NCBI GenBank assembly: GCA_023920165.1 | Contig: CP089275.1 | Location: 4,712,001 to 4,776,000 of the forward strand | Length of the DNA: 64,000 bases | Origin: Curvularia clavata | Lineage: Eukaryota | Direction: 5' to 3' | Shown here: positions 1-12,432 of the stretch, in pieces | Layout: the number at the start of each line of letters is the position of its first letter | How positions within the stretch are numbered: the first letter of the stretch is position 1 | Notes under the pieces: generated by a model | The model's database searches: none | Told to the model about the DNA's origin: nothing | What the model saw: the letters and a program-made list of their open reading frames with translations, nothing else | Translations under genes and position numbers: made by a program

Positions 1-288
1 GCCACCATGGCTAACAGCCAAAGCAGGACGAGCATGCATGGCGTGTGAGATTTGTCCCGTCGGCACGCATCCAACGGCGGCGACTGTCGTGTGTTGCCAT
101 GCCGGCCTTGGGCGGAAAAGGGGATGTGCGGCCGCATCGGGCCTAGCGCCGCGGGAAGCACACAGGGACTCCCTGCAGGGGAAATGACGGCCAAGGCCAG
201 CCCAGCGCCCCGTGTTTGCGATCTGGGCTCCCATGGCATTCATTAATCTACTCGTAGTATCCTACCTCCCATACCATGCCTCGTTCCC

Positions 289-2796
289 TCAGTCAACAAC
301 CCCCGCAGGAAGAAAAGAAACATAGTCAATGGGCGCCGCCTCGATACCGTCGGCCTGGCCAATGATCTGCACCTCGTCCCCCTGCTGCACCTCGACGTCG
401 CGGAACGTTATCCGTCTTGCTGAATGCCCGTCGAGATAGATTGAAGGCGCGTGGCCCAATCTATCTTCCATGTCTCCCGTCCAAGATCCCACTGTCCGGT
501 TCCCCAGCTTCAGCTGATACTTGGCCCGCCCACCAATGACATCCCAGTAATTCACCGCCACAGAATACTTGCCCGTCGCAAACTTGACCTTCGCCGTAGC
601 TGTGCCAGTCGACCGGTTCGACGTGGTGACGATGCCGGTGAATCCAGACGCCGTTTCAAAAGGCTTGACCGCATACGGCTTGTAGTTCTGCAGAGTCATG
701 CTTTCTGCCTCAATCCGATACGGGTGGTTCCCTACGCGGTTTGCCTCGTCCGGTATCTTGGACAGGTTGAAATAGAACTGGTTAATGGCGTCGCGCCACA
801 CCAGCGAGTGCCCAGCTTGGTAGGTTTGTCGGAACAAGACGTGCTCAAATCGCTCCTCGTCAATCTTACCTTTTAGCGACTCCCATTGGTGGACCAACTC
901 CTGCGCCGTGGCCGCTCCCTCGTAGTGGGCGTCGTAGAAGTGCTGAATAACCGTCTTGTTGGATTTTAACCGCTGCGTATACGGCACATGGTGGAACCAG
1001 AGCAAAAGATTATCCGGAGTCAGCTCAATGTTTTCCCAAATTTTGGCAACCTCCGGTGGGTATTGGCCTGCATTCTTAGTGCCGTTTCGCACCGTGCGGT
1101 CCATGCCAATACCAAAAGCATCGGCGCGCGTCCACTGACCCCAACCATTGCCATCTTGAGAAGCCGGATTAGGACCGTAGTGCGTGTAGAGGATATCAGT
1201 CAGTGTCTGGATACCAAGATTGCCACTGTAGTTTTCGTATGCCGGCCATGACTTCATCGACATGTCGGTAATGGTGTCGAGAACATTTTGGTCGAATCCG
1301 AACGTCAAGCGAATCCAGTCCTGAAGAATGGCCTCTGAGCCACTAGATGCGTCCCAGGCTAGCCGGCCAAAAGCATACAGATTCGACATGGCGAGATGGC
1401 TACCTAGCCATGTCGTGTTGGCGCCAACGCCAGAGACACCAGCATATCCTCCAAGTGGTCGCTTGAAGCGTTTTCCGCTAACAATGTCCTTAACTTTTGA
1501 CGGAGCATTCTCAGCCCTCATGTCAAACTCGAGGATTTCCTTCCACTGCGGCGCGAGGTATACCAGGTGGCAGTTCTGGCCAAGGTATTCGGGTGTGATT
1601 TGGACCTCAATGGCTGTGCTGGTGTTGTGTAGTGACGCGAACAACGGTGACGGCGGCTCTCGGACCTGGAAATCAATTGGCCCAAACTTAATTTGCACGA
1701 CAACATTCTCGTCAAACTTTCCATCAAGATGTTGGAAGAACTCGAGCTGTGCATTTGCTCGGTCAGCGTACCAATTCGCCTCGTTGATATGGTTGTCGTA
1801 TACGAAGGCACGAAACATGACCACTCCGCCATGGGGTTTTACAGCTCTTGCAAACATATTCGCTCCATCCGTCAGCGTACGGTTGTATGTAAGTGGTCCT
1901 GGCTGACCCTCGCTGTTGGCTTTCACCAAATACCCTGCCATGTCTGGAACCTTGGCATAAATTTGGTTGGTGATGTTTGCCCACCAGGCGTCAACTCTGG
2001 GGTCCAATGGATCAAAAGTGCCCAGACTTTGATTGGGGGATGCAAAGTTGAGTGAAATGCCAATCTGCACTCCGTACGGCCTCATCGCATCCGCAATTCT
2101 GCCGAGCCCCACCACGTTGCGATCGTTGAGCAAAGAGGCATTTGCATTGACGTTGTTGATGATGGCGCCATTGACACGAATAGAGGCCAACAGCCGGGCA
2201 TATTCCGTGATGCGAGTAGTATTCTCGATCACGTAGCCATTCTGGAAGAAAATGGACGGACCAGCATACCCTCGCTCAATACTGCCATCCATGTTGTCCC
2301 ATTCATTGGTCCATCGGATGGGCGCCTGAGGGTTGTATACCTTCGCTCCGAACGTAACCTTGTTCTGTGCGAGCTGCGAGAGGTATTCGAATGCGCCGTA
2401 CAAAGCACCCCGCTCATTCTGCCCGACAATAATAACCTTCCCTGGAGCTGTGCTGAGGTAAAATCCATCCTCTTCCAAATCTAAACTTTCCTTAATATTG
2501 CCGTATGCTTTACGGTAGGCGTCGGCTGTCCCAACTATGATCGTGGATTGGTCCTTTCCCCCAGTGGTGCTCACTTTGAGTTGTTTACCGGTGGTGCCTC
2601 GTACGCCCTTCTGGAGCTCTTGACCGGCTGTATAGACGGGGCTTATTTGTGTACTGTTCAATGCGATGATTGCTGATGGCACCGATTTGGCAGATGGTCC
2701 ATCTGGGATTCGAGCGTATCGTAACCAGCCCTGGGAGCCATCTTCGGCAATGGCTCCACCAATGGCACAAAGTAGCGTTGCGAATATCAGCCGCAT
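289..2796 (-). CDS. aguA: Secreted alpha-glucuronidase, glycoside hydrolase family 67 (intronless, 835 aa)
   Basis: N-terminal signal peptide followed by EDGSQGWLRY. GH67 motifs WDNMDGSIERGYAG, KANSEGQPGP, GPIDFQVREP, EYLGQ and LLLWFHHVPY are present. Confidence 0.95.
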   Translation of the reverse strand: MRLIFATLLCAIGGAIAEDGSQGWLRYARIPDGPSAKSVPSAIIALNSTQISPVYTAGQELQKGVRGTTGKQLKVSTTGGKDQSTIIVGTADAYRKAYGNIKESLDLEEDGFYLSTAPGKVIIVGQNERGALYGAFEYLSQLAQNKVTFGAKVYNPQAPIRWTNEWDNMDGSIERGYAGPSIFFQNGYVIENTTRITEYARLLASIRVNGAIINNVNANASLLNDRNVVGLGRIADAMRPYGVQIGISLNFASPNQSLGTFDPLDPRVDAWWANITNQIYAKVPDMAGYLVKANSEGQPGPLTYNRTLTDGANMFARAVKPHGGVVMFRAFVYDNHINEANWYADRANAQLEFFQHLDGKFDENVVVQIKFGPIDFQVREPPSPLFASLHNTSTAIEVQITPEYLGQNCHLVYLAPQWKEILEFDMRAENAPSKVKDIVSGKRFKRPLGGYAGVSGVGANTTWLGSHLAMSNLYAFGRLAWDASSGSEAILQDWIRLTFGFDQNVLDTITDMSMKSWPAYENYSGNLGIQTLTDILYTHYGPNPASQDGNGWGQWTRADAFGIGMDRTVRNGTKNAGQYPPEVAKIWENIELTPDNLLLWFHHVPYTQRLKSNKTVIQHFYDAHYEGAATAQELVHQWESLKGKIDEERFEHVLFRQTYQAGHSLVWRDAINQFYFNLSKIPDEANRVGNHPYRIEAESMTLQNYKPYAVKPFETASGFTGIVTTSNRSTGTATAKVKFATGKYSVAVNYWDVIGGRAKYQLKLGNRTVGSWTGDMEDRLGHAPSIYLDGHSARRITFRDVEVQQGDEVQIIGQADGIEAAPIDYVSFLPAGVVD

Positions 2797-2852
2797 GGTC
2801 GCATTCGAATTGCTGCAGGCCCCTTCTCAACTCATTCCATTCTGTCGCAAAC

Positions 2853-2860
2853 TATTTATA
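2853..2860 (-). promoter_or_regulatory. TATA box of aguA (TATAAATA on minus strand)
   Basis: Plus-strand tatttata lies about 60 bp upstream of the aguA ATG. Confidence 0.5.
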
Positions 2861-2976
2861 TTCTGCCATGGTCTATGTTTAGTGAAGACCGATACGTCAA
2901 TGATCTGATTATAGCAACATATATCGCAACATTTCCAACCGAAAATGCAACTTGGAATGGTAAAAGCCGCATTTCA

Positions 2977-2983
2977 GGCTAAA
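2977..2983 (+). promoter_or_regulatory. Putative XlnR/Xyr1 binding site GGCTAAA
   Basis: Exact match to the known XlnR consensus, about 180 bp upstream of a xylanolytic gene. Confidence 0.55.
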
Positions 2984-3060
2984 AGCTGAGGTATCAAATC
3001 AAGACTATCTCCGTTTTTGTCAAGCGTGCGAAAGGTCATTTGAAGTTCTGTGGATGAAAT

Positions 3061-3080
3061 GTGGGGAAAATAACGCGGGG
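3061..3080 (+). promoter_or_regulatory. Paired putative CreA (SYGGRG) carbon-catabolite repression sites
   Basis: GTGGGG (3061-3066) and GCGGGG (3075-3080), each followed by AAA(A)TAA, lie in the aguA promoter. Confidence 0.45.
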
Positions 3081-5519
3081 AAATAAGGAGATCTGCACCT
3101 GTCAAGCCCGATGATCGCAGTGTTATGATCGAGCACCGCATCTCGTTCTGTAAGGGCATAGATGATAGAAATGTAAGATGGTAAACTTTACGGAAAATTT
3201 CGAGGACGGAACAGAAATGATGACGCCGGTGTTGGTGCTCGAAAAGGCGATGCATGGAGGGTGAGAAAAGAAGCCGCGTCATGATGATCCTTCTCCACAA
3301 GGTCGCCGGAAGGAAGGTGCGACATAATTCCCGACTGCATACCCCTTTCAAGCCACAACGGCCTACAATCAAGGCATCTCCAATTGAGACGATCCTTAGG
3401 CACTGGACGCATGATTGCAGTGATATCTGTTCCCAAGAAATCGAGCTATATGGAGACGCCGCGATTACCACACCATTTAGTACAACAACACAGCAAAGCA
3501 ACGGCATACACGAGTATCTGACATAGATAGTGGGAATAAAGGATTGTTAAAGGACCGATGTGGGCTGTTGCACAAAACAGTATCATGTACTGACCTCATC
3601 AACAAGTTCGAGCAGAGGTGCTGTTTGTCGTGCCTTTTTCTTCCACAGAAACTCTAAAGCCGAAACAATGACGATAGAATGCCAGAGTTGTAGCACCGTA
3701 AAAATCAAGGAGAGCCGTGATCTTTCAGATCCAAGCACCGGCCCAAAAAAAAGTCGACTACGTGTTTGCCTTAGAGCACCAAGTCTCAATTATTTCTTGC
3801 AAAGGAGCGCTGAAGTCCACAACAACGCTAATTGAACAATAACAATTCAATCTCCGCAGCAATGTTTGATGTTCTCAAGATGGAAATAATATATGTCCAA
3901 GAAAACAGCGCTCTCAGTTTACCAAGATCAATGTATAATACTATCAAAGATGCACGTTGAACTGCCGTGGTTCAGAGGTTGCAGCGCCGTGCATCTTGGC
4001 GATACACCAACTACACAGAGACGTGATGCTATTCTCACTGAGGGGTGGACGAAACAATCGCAAAACGGACACCTGACTACTGTTGTGGGCGATTCTTAAT
4101 AGTGTCCGCACCAGTGACTGAACACAAAGACAGATGACATCTCTAGTGCAGCCTTGCAGAACCAGATAAGATCGTCAATCCTCCAAGGATCTCCAGACCG
4201 GTTTCTTGGAAGCGTCAAGAACAAGCACCGGTACGGCTACTCCCGCGCCACTATCACTTCCATGCATAACACCCATGTGATGGCGGTGATCGTAAGAAAC
4301 TAAACGATGAAGCGGGAACACGGAGATCAACTATTCGACTCATGGCATATACCGCTCGCATTGGAACGATTTACTATCGCCTCTTCGTACAGGACAGGCT
4401 GTTGGATGCGGAAGTGACTCGTCCCCACATGCAAATGAGATGACCGCCTCGACCCAGGGCAAAACTGTTGCAGATGGTGTACTGCGGCAGCTCACAGCAA
4501 GGGCAGCAACAACGATTGACGGTAGTGTTTGAGGGAGCAAAGGTTCAAGAGACGAGACGCAAGGATCGAGCCGAGGGACTCACTTGCTCGGCCGATTCCC
4601 AGGTACTTGGGTTGATAGAGTCCCCGTCCCCAGACCCCAATATATGGATACCGAGGCCAGTTCGGATACCTCGTGCAACATTGTGAACACAACACGGAAC
4701 CAACGGTCAGCTAGGCCGGGCCTTGACAGCGGCTTCTTGTTTACGGTTTAGACGCGAAGTCGTATTTAAAGCGAAGTACGTCTAGGCCCAGCGAGGCAGG
4801 TATAGATGGCAAGGTGCTTACGAATATTTGATGTATGCAGTGGGTGCAGGCCCAGCTGAATGTGCCCAGACAAAACACGAGCTTCTAGCCTTTCCATTAC
4901 ACAAGGATGCAGCGAGGCGACAGGAAACCGACCGCGATAGTAATCGGTGTGGAGATGGCGATAGCCGACTCAAGTTGGAGTTTTTCCCGACCTGCCTCTT
5001 TGGATGCGCCGTTTATCCGCCATACATTGATTCTGAAGCTAGCGCGCCTTGGCGGTATCCGCCACCCACTCCACCAACTGCTCTGTGTAGCAATACACAC
5101 GTGAAGGTTGCATGCCAAGTCGACCCGCCCTCTGGTCTGCATGTGGGCCGTATTGCGATAGGACGACACGGAAACATGCTTTCTAGGACTCCACCCGACG
5201 ACAAGCTTGTTTGTGCGCCCGGGAGGCTAGCCCCCATCAGGAAGGAGATACAGTGTACAACGTTCATCTCTTTACATCTCTGGATTAGCAGGTATCGCTC
5301 TCGGACCTGGTTATGATGCCATCCCAGGCGTGCCACCAACGAGAGTCATCATCACATCCAGGTACCGGCTCCGAGCCGTCATGGACCCCGCCGGCGAAAT
5401 GTCGTGTGGCAAGGGTGTTTAATTCGGCTCATTGTACAAATAATTTGCATGCCCTCGCTGAACTTGTCTGGTCATCGACCTCGTCCAACTGAGCTTTTAC
5501 GAAGCTGGTCGCATACACA

Positions 5520-7737
5520 ATGGCTCGATACCTCAGTGTTGCCGCAGCATTGGCTGCTACTGGTGCCTGTGCCTTCACTCCAGAGTGCGTACTTGTCCAT
5601 GGCCACATCTTTAATTATGTACTAAAAAATCCACAGGCTGCTCCTTAGCACTGTACGCCGCAGTCCTGCTGACCCCAGTCCTGATGGCTCGGTTGCTCTG
5701 TTCCCGTACTCGCAGTACTCCTTCGAGAAGCATGCAGGCAAGTCAGGCATGAACCTCATCAATCTCAAGACTGGTGAGGTCACTGAGTCCGGCCTTGATG
5801 CCAGCGAGGTCAATGAAGTTGCCTGGATCCCTGGCAGCGAGACTGGCATTATTTACATCAATGGCACCAACGAGGAAATCCCAGGTGGTGTTACTCTGTG
5901 GATTGGTGACATCAAGGACCCCAAGCAGAGCAAGATGGTTGCTTCCCTCGATGCGCCTTACTCCGGATTGAAGGTTGCCAACACCTCCACTGGAGACATG
6001 CACTTCCTGGTCAACTGCATGGCCTACCCCAACGGCACTGCAGTCAACCCCGAGACCGAAGTCAAGCCCTTCTCGACTGCCCGTTACTACTCGGACATCT
6101 ACGTTCGCCACTGGGACACTTGGCTAACCAAGAACCGATACCAGCTTTTTGCCGGTACCCTTTCCAAGAACAGCAGCTATGGCCTTTCAGGCGCGGGCAT
6201 GCGCAACCTTCAGAGTGGTATCAATTTCACCACTACCCAGCCCGAGACTCCAGTCCAGCCTTTCGGTGACTCGAGCGACTACGACATCAGCCCTGATGGC
6301 TCCATGTACGCTTTCGTTAGCAAGGCTCCCCAGCTCAACAAAGCCAACTACACCGCTTCTTACGCATATGTCGGTGCTTTCGCTTCCAACGACGCCCCTG
6401 TTGCCATCAACGGCCCTGGTTCGGAGATGTTCGAGGCTGGACACCAGGGTGCTTCTGGTCTGCCTTCCTTCTCCGCTGGCAGCTCCAAGCTTGCCTACGT
6501 CCAGCAGGATGAGGACTACTACGAGTCGGACCGCTTCATCTTGTACACTGTCGATGTTGCTGTTGAGGGCAGCGGTGTTGCTGTCAGCAACTGGAAGAGC
6601 TTGAGTGCCGGTTTTGATCGCTGGGTCCAAGGACCTCTTACCTGGGCTCATGATGATTCTTGCATCTACGCCACTGCTGATGACTACGCCCACGTCAAGA
6701 TCTTCAGCTTCCCAATCACTGCCGATGAGAAATTCGTTCCCCAGCCGCTGACTGGAAACACTTCTGTTTCGACTTTTGCTCTTCTTCCCGATGGTTCGCT
6801 GTTCGTTGCAGCTACCGCTATCTGGACTCCTAGTGAATGGTACATCCTCGCTGATGGCAACAAGAAGACCCTTCTTGACGCCTCTAAGGTCGACCCCAAC
6901 CTTGCTGGTCTTGGCCCCCACACCGTTTCTGAAATCTTCTTCAACGGCTCCAACCCCGAGCTCAAGCAGCAGCTCCAGGCTTGGGTTGTTAAGCCCACCT
7001 TCTACCAAGAGAACGTTACTTACCCTCTTGCTTTCTTGGTCCACGGTGGTCCTCAGGGCAACTGGGGTAACAGCTGGTCGAACCGCTGGAACCCTCAGGT
7101 CTGGGCCGACCAGGGCTACATTGTCGTCGCGCCTAACCCAACTGGCTCTACCAGCTTTGGACAGTACCTGACCGACTCGATTCAGGGACAGTGGGGCAGC
7201 TGGCCTTACGAAGACCTGGTTAACGCCTGGAACTACATCAACTCGACCTTGACTTGGATCGACACCAAGAACGGTATCGTCGCTGGTGCCTCGTACGGTG
7301 GTTACATGACCAACTGGATCCAGTCCAACGACCTCGGCAACGAGTTCAAGGCCATCGTCACCCACGACGGTATCTCCAACACTGAGGCTGCCTGGGCGTC
7401 TGAGGAGCTCTGGTTTATCCGCCATGATTATGACGGCAACATCTGGGACTCGCCCGCTTACCGCCAGTGGAACCCACAGAACCACATTGCCAACTGGTCC
7501 ACCCCCCAGTTTGTCATCCACAACACGCTCGACTACCGTCTCCCCGAGAGCGACGGCCTCAGCCTCTTCAACATCCTTCAGGCCCGTGGTGTCCCCAGCC
7601 GCTTCCTCAACTTCCCCAACGAGAACCACTGGGTGCTCAAGCAGGAGAACAGCTTGGTCTGGCACACGGAGATCTTCAACTGGATCAACCACTGGGCCAA
7701 GGGCGAGCCTCTGAGCGACACGCCTATTGGTAATTAA
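5520..7737 (+). CDS. dppV: Secreted dipeptidyl-peptidase V (peptidase S9); exons 5520-5584 and 5637-7737
   Basis: Signal peptide MARYLSVAAALAATGACAFTPE joins the 5749 ORF in frame across a 52-nt GT-AG intron. Motifs YVRHWDTW and VHGGPQG are present, with catalytic Ser in GASYGG, Asp in LDYRL and His in ENHW. Confidence 0.93.
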
Positions 7738-8445
7738 GCCATGTTACTAGCATGAATGCTTTGACGTAATAAGCGAGGCTTTTGTATATGGTCTTGCTTT
7801 ACGTAGTATTGATAAATGTTTAATGAATAACTATCAAGAATATGCTTCACTTAAAGGATGTGACGTGCGACTTTTGAAGAATATTTTTTCTCAACAATGG
7901 AATTGTTTTTCATACGAGATACAAATGCCTACCTAACTCTGGACGCATCGGAATAGTCTGAAATAAAACTAACCCCATCAACTCTGATAAAACGCACATT
8001 TCAACACTTAGTGTCACAAGGCAGATACAAAATATGTCTAGATTTAGACAAATCCTTCGCACATGATTTATACTACGGCTCCGATCTTTATAATTTGTAC
8101 ATAATCCGGGCGGTTTTATCCCACTATTTTGATCCACCGAGAGCCTACCTACCTTACGTATCTTCCCGCTTCGCAGCACTTACATCCTGCACATGATCAT
8201 CACACGGCTGTTCTCTGCGCCACTGCCGTAGTGACCGTAGTGACCACAGTGACCCAAAAACACCAAAGCAAGTAAGAGCGGACAGAGTAGCGATACAAAA
8301 GCTGGATTAAGTTAGGTAGCATAGGGGGTGAGACTGAGTATAGGATCCAAGTCAGCATGATATACCGGAATACACAAGGCCTGGCAGGCCACAACAGTAT
8401 TCGGCATTCATCATCTTGTTGGCCTAAGCCCATCATCTGCTGGTC

Positions 8446-8481
8446 CTTTCTTTTTTTCTTTTTTTTCTTTTTTTCTTTTTT
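8446..8481. repeat. Poly-T / T-rich low-complexity tract
   Basis: About 36 nt of T interrupted by a few C residues. Confidence 0.8.
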
Positions 8482-10376
8482 AAAGAGGAGACCAAAAGAA
8501 AGTACAGCTGCAAGTGCTAGGATTACAGAAAACAATGAATGACTATGGCGAATACAGCAACTTCTAACGCGTGCAATCAGATACGCTGGGGCAGGCTGTT
8601 GTCACCAGGCAGGAGGCTACCAAGCAAGCGGCTGTTCGGGTGCGGAGAGCGGCTGCTTAAGAGAGACTATCAACTTAAATTGATGTAAGGTTAAGGCAAC
8701 AAAAAGGCCTCTGACAGTAAGCCGAAGATAACTGCTGGTCTAACGACTTGATAGCTTGTGCTGGCAGGTAAGCTCGTTTTGATTTTCTGGTTTTGAGAGA
8801 GACATGTCTGGGTGTTGAGGAGGGGCTTGAGATGGTACGGTCGATTGATGTGGTAAAGTCGATGGAGATTCTGTGATTATGGCAGAGGGGAACATGTATC
8901 GGTATCAGTATCGGAAATCGCTATTTGAGAATGGGCGTGTGCTGACTGCAAGCTTGGCATGTTTTGCATGATGATGGGGTTGGTCGTTGGGTCTTGCAAT
9001 GACGATATGGCTGTTGTGGCCAACGTTGATCCTTCCGCCAAGCCCAGCCCACACTCGTCCTCGTGATTACGTATTTGACAAGGCGTAAATAACACACTCG
9101 CTGGATGCAACCGCACGGTTTAATCTGTCAGGATACGAACGTGCGATTGATAGGATCACCGGACCAGATAACAACCACCCGGTTCTATTGCCAAGGCTGG
9201 TCGAAAACAGTGGGGTCGCGCCTCCGTTCCATGGCATTGTGGACAAGCGAAATCATTGCCATGATACCGCGCAAGGCAAAGCTTCCGCCAACACACGAAG
9301 CCTTTCCCGACGACTTCTTCGGCCGTCTTGACCGCTTCTGTCAAGCGGAAATAAGCTCGAGAAAGACGAGCGCCGCGCCGCGCTGCACAACCTCCCTTCG
9401 CGAGCACCGCAGTTGTTGGGTGAACGAGGCGACCTGCGTACCGATTGGCCAGACGCACTCACCAGCAATAAGAGTATATGGAATCAGACGGTCGAGCTGC
9501 CTCTTCGAGCATGGCCGAGTTACATTGGGATGGTAGGATGGCTTGTGAATTGCACAGGCCGAGGCGGGCGAGACGGGTGGAGAGGGGCAAGGCCAATGCC
9601 CAGCGGCGCGGAAGGCTGGGCGCCATGGCAGCACGGCGGCAGAGTTTGCACTCATAGGTCCTAGTGGACTGCGCGATAAAGACGTCGCTCATACTCTAGA
9701 CGTCGTTCTGACACCACTTGCTTCCATATCAAGCTCTTTCTTTCGCACAGGCCGAAGTCCAAGGATTTGCGATCATGTCTCACTCGCCGATGGTTGTGCA
9801 AGAGATTTGGCATGCTTCGGTTCTATGGCACAGTATCTGTCGTCCAGATAAGAAAAGAGCAAGGGGCCCATACAACAGGCGGGTGTGAGTGGCCAAACCA
9901 TCTATCTCGCAGGCGTGATGTGTGTAAGATCGGCAACCTTGCCAAGTGCCGAAGCACTGTATCCAAGCCGTCGCCTAGGCTGTTACATCCAGTCCAATCG
10001 AACCTTGGGCCCCAGTTGAGATCCATTCAAGCGTTGAAAAGCTTGAGTGGGTGGTTGGTTCGGCGTCGGTCCCAATTTGCTCAAGCCATAAGCTGGTTCG
10101 AAAAGCGGGTAGCGAAAGCGAGCCCTTGGTGTTGGGTCTGACCATGGTGATGGGGCACCTTTGGCTGGGCATCCGCACACCTGCTTGATGGAGGAACCGA
10201 CAAGGAATACCAAGACGGCGCTTGGTACAAGGGATATTTGCCGCTCGTGTGTTCCTTTCAAGAGGAGAAATTTCAAGTATAACTGGAGCCACATTTCCCG
10301 TGTGCTGTCAAGGAGAGTAGCACCAGCTCGCTCGTCTCATCTCCCTTGTTGAGTTTTGCGATAATACCTGCTGATC

Positions 10377-12432
10377 ATGGCGGCCAACTCTGGTTCCAAC
10401 GCCGTTGACATGGCCATGTCTCATGAGCCTGAGCAAGCTGCCAAGCCCATCTACGAGGTCGATGAGAAGCGCGCTATTGACGGGCGTTCGTCTTCGCCTT
10501 CGGAAGCTGAGCACCCCCAAGCAGAATTCGAGGCTGATCTCGTGGGCGAGGAGCCCACCGAAGAAGAACTGAAGACGCTCCGTCGTGTCTCTGGAAAGAT
10601 TCCCTGGACTGCATTTACCATTGCTTTCGTCGAGCTGTGCGAGCGTTTTGGTTACTATGGTTGCCAGGTGCTATGTAAGTTGTCATCGTGTCACACTTCT
10701 CGATCAGTCTGCTGACTCTAGAAAGACACAAACTTTATTCAGCAGCCTCTTCCTGTTGTTAATGGGAAGTTGTCGACAACCGGTTCTGACCCTACCGAAG
10801 AGGGTACACCCGGTGCGCTTGGAATGGGCCAGCGCGCGTCCTTTGGTATCGGCCAGTTCAACTCGTTCTGGGCCTACTTCACGCCCATTTTCGGTGCCAT
10901 TATTGCCGATGAATATCTCGGACGATTCAATACAATTTTCATCGCCATCGCATTCTCGATTGTTGGTCACATCCTGCTTATCGTCTCCGCTCTTCCTCCG
11001 GTCCTCACCAGTGGCAATGCCCTTGCTCCATTCATGCTGGGTCTCATCACTCTCGGTTTCGGTACTGGAGCTTTCAAGTCCAACATCTCACCCTTGATTG
11101 CGGAGCAATACCGTCAGACCAAGCCGCGTGTCATCATCGATCCCAAGACAGGTGAACGTGTCATCTCCGACCCTAACATCACCCTGTCCCGTATCTTTTT
11201 GTACTTTTACATGGTAAGTCTCAAGGCAGCGCTCTCATGAGAGGTCAGGTTCTAACGACTGCTCAGTTCATCAACATGGGCTCCCTCACCGGCCAGATCT
11301 CCATGGTGTACGTGGAGAAGTACGTTGGCTTCTGGTGCGCTTGGTTGCTTCCCACAATTCTGTACTGCTTCTGTCCGCTTGTCCTTTGGCTATGCCGCAA
11401 CAAGTACCACCGTAGCCCACCCACAGGATCCGTACTCATCCGCGCCATCAAGCTTTTGGCTCTCGCAACCAAGGGCAAGTGGTCGCTGAATCCCGTTACT
11501 ACGCGCAAGAACTTTAAGTCGGACAACTTCTGGGAGGATGTCAAGCCCAGCCATCTTGGCAACAACAAGCCAACATGGATGCAGTTCGATGACGCGTGGG
11601 TTGACCAGGTCGCACGTGGACTTAGGGCTTGCTCTTGCTTCACCTGGATTCCTCTCTATTGTAAGTCATTTCTGTTTGATTTTGGTCTCTTTTTGTAGTC
11701 TCCGAAACTAACTTGGGGAAAGGGCTTTCATACAACCAGATGAACAACAACCTTACCTCGCAAGCTGCTACTATGACACGTAACGGTGTTCCTAACGACG
11801 TTATTACCAATCTCAACCCCATATCTCTAGTCATCTTCATACCAATTGTCGACAACTTCCTCTACCCTGCTCTTCGCAAAGCAAACATCCGCTTCACACC
11901 GATCAAGCGCATTGCCCTGGGCTTCATCCTCGCCTCCATGGCCATGGTATCCGCAACCGTGATCCAGTACTACATCTACAAGACTGGCCCATGTGGCAAG
12001 TACATGAACGATTGCGAAACACCAGCTCCCATCAACGTCTGGGTGCAATCCGTTCCCTATGTACTCGTTGGTTTCTCCGAGATCTTTGCGTCCGTCACTG
12101 GACTCGAGTTCGCCTTCACCAAAGCCCCGAAGAACATGCGATCGCTCATCACTTCCTACTGGCACTTCATGTCTGCCTTTTCCAACGCTATTGGCCAAGC
12201 TCTTGTCTCGCTAGCTGAGGATCCCCTCCTGGTTTGGAACTACGCTGTCGTTGCCTGCCTGGCGTTTGTCGGTGGTATCCTTTTCTGGCTCCACCAGCGC
12301 CCCACGGATAAGCAGGAAGATACCCTCAACATGCTGCCTGACTCGACTTATTCTGGTCGTGACCGCAGACACGCCAATGCTGTTGAAGACGGTCTTACTG
12401 GACACCATGTTGAGGCGCCTCCTAAGGCCTAA
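10377..12432 (+). CDS. PTR2: POT/PTR2-family proton-dependent di/tripeptide transporter; exons 10377-10674, 10726-11213, 11267-11660, 11723-12432
   Basis: ExxERFxYYG motif (ELCERFGYYG), GTGAFKSNISPL, FYMFINMG and GLEFAFTKAPKNMRS are present. Three GT-AG introns with branch points restore the frame. Confidence 0.93.

Noticed and set aside
6187..7692. 501-aa ORF antisense to dppV
   Set aside because: It is a shadow of the strong C-ending codon bias in dppV (V/G/D-rich, no motifs).
8200..8535. ORF with an apparent signal peptide and poly-Lys
   Set aside because: It has a non-ATG start, the Lys run comes from a poly-T tract, and no protein is recognisable.
9105..9690. GC-rich stretch with several overlapping short ORFs upstream of PTR2
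   Set aside because: No family motif or consistent gene model. It could be a decayed gene, but I cannot support that without a search.
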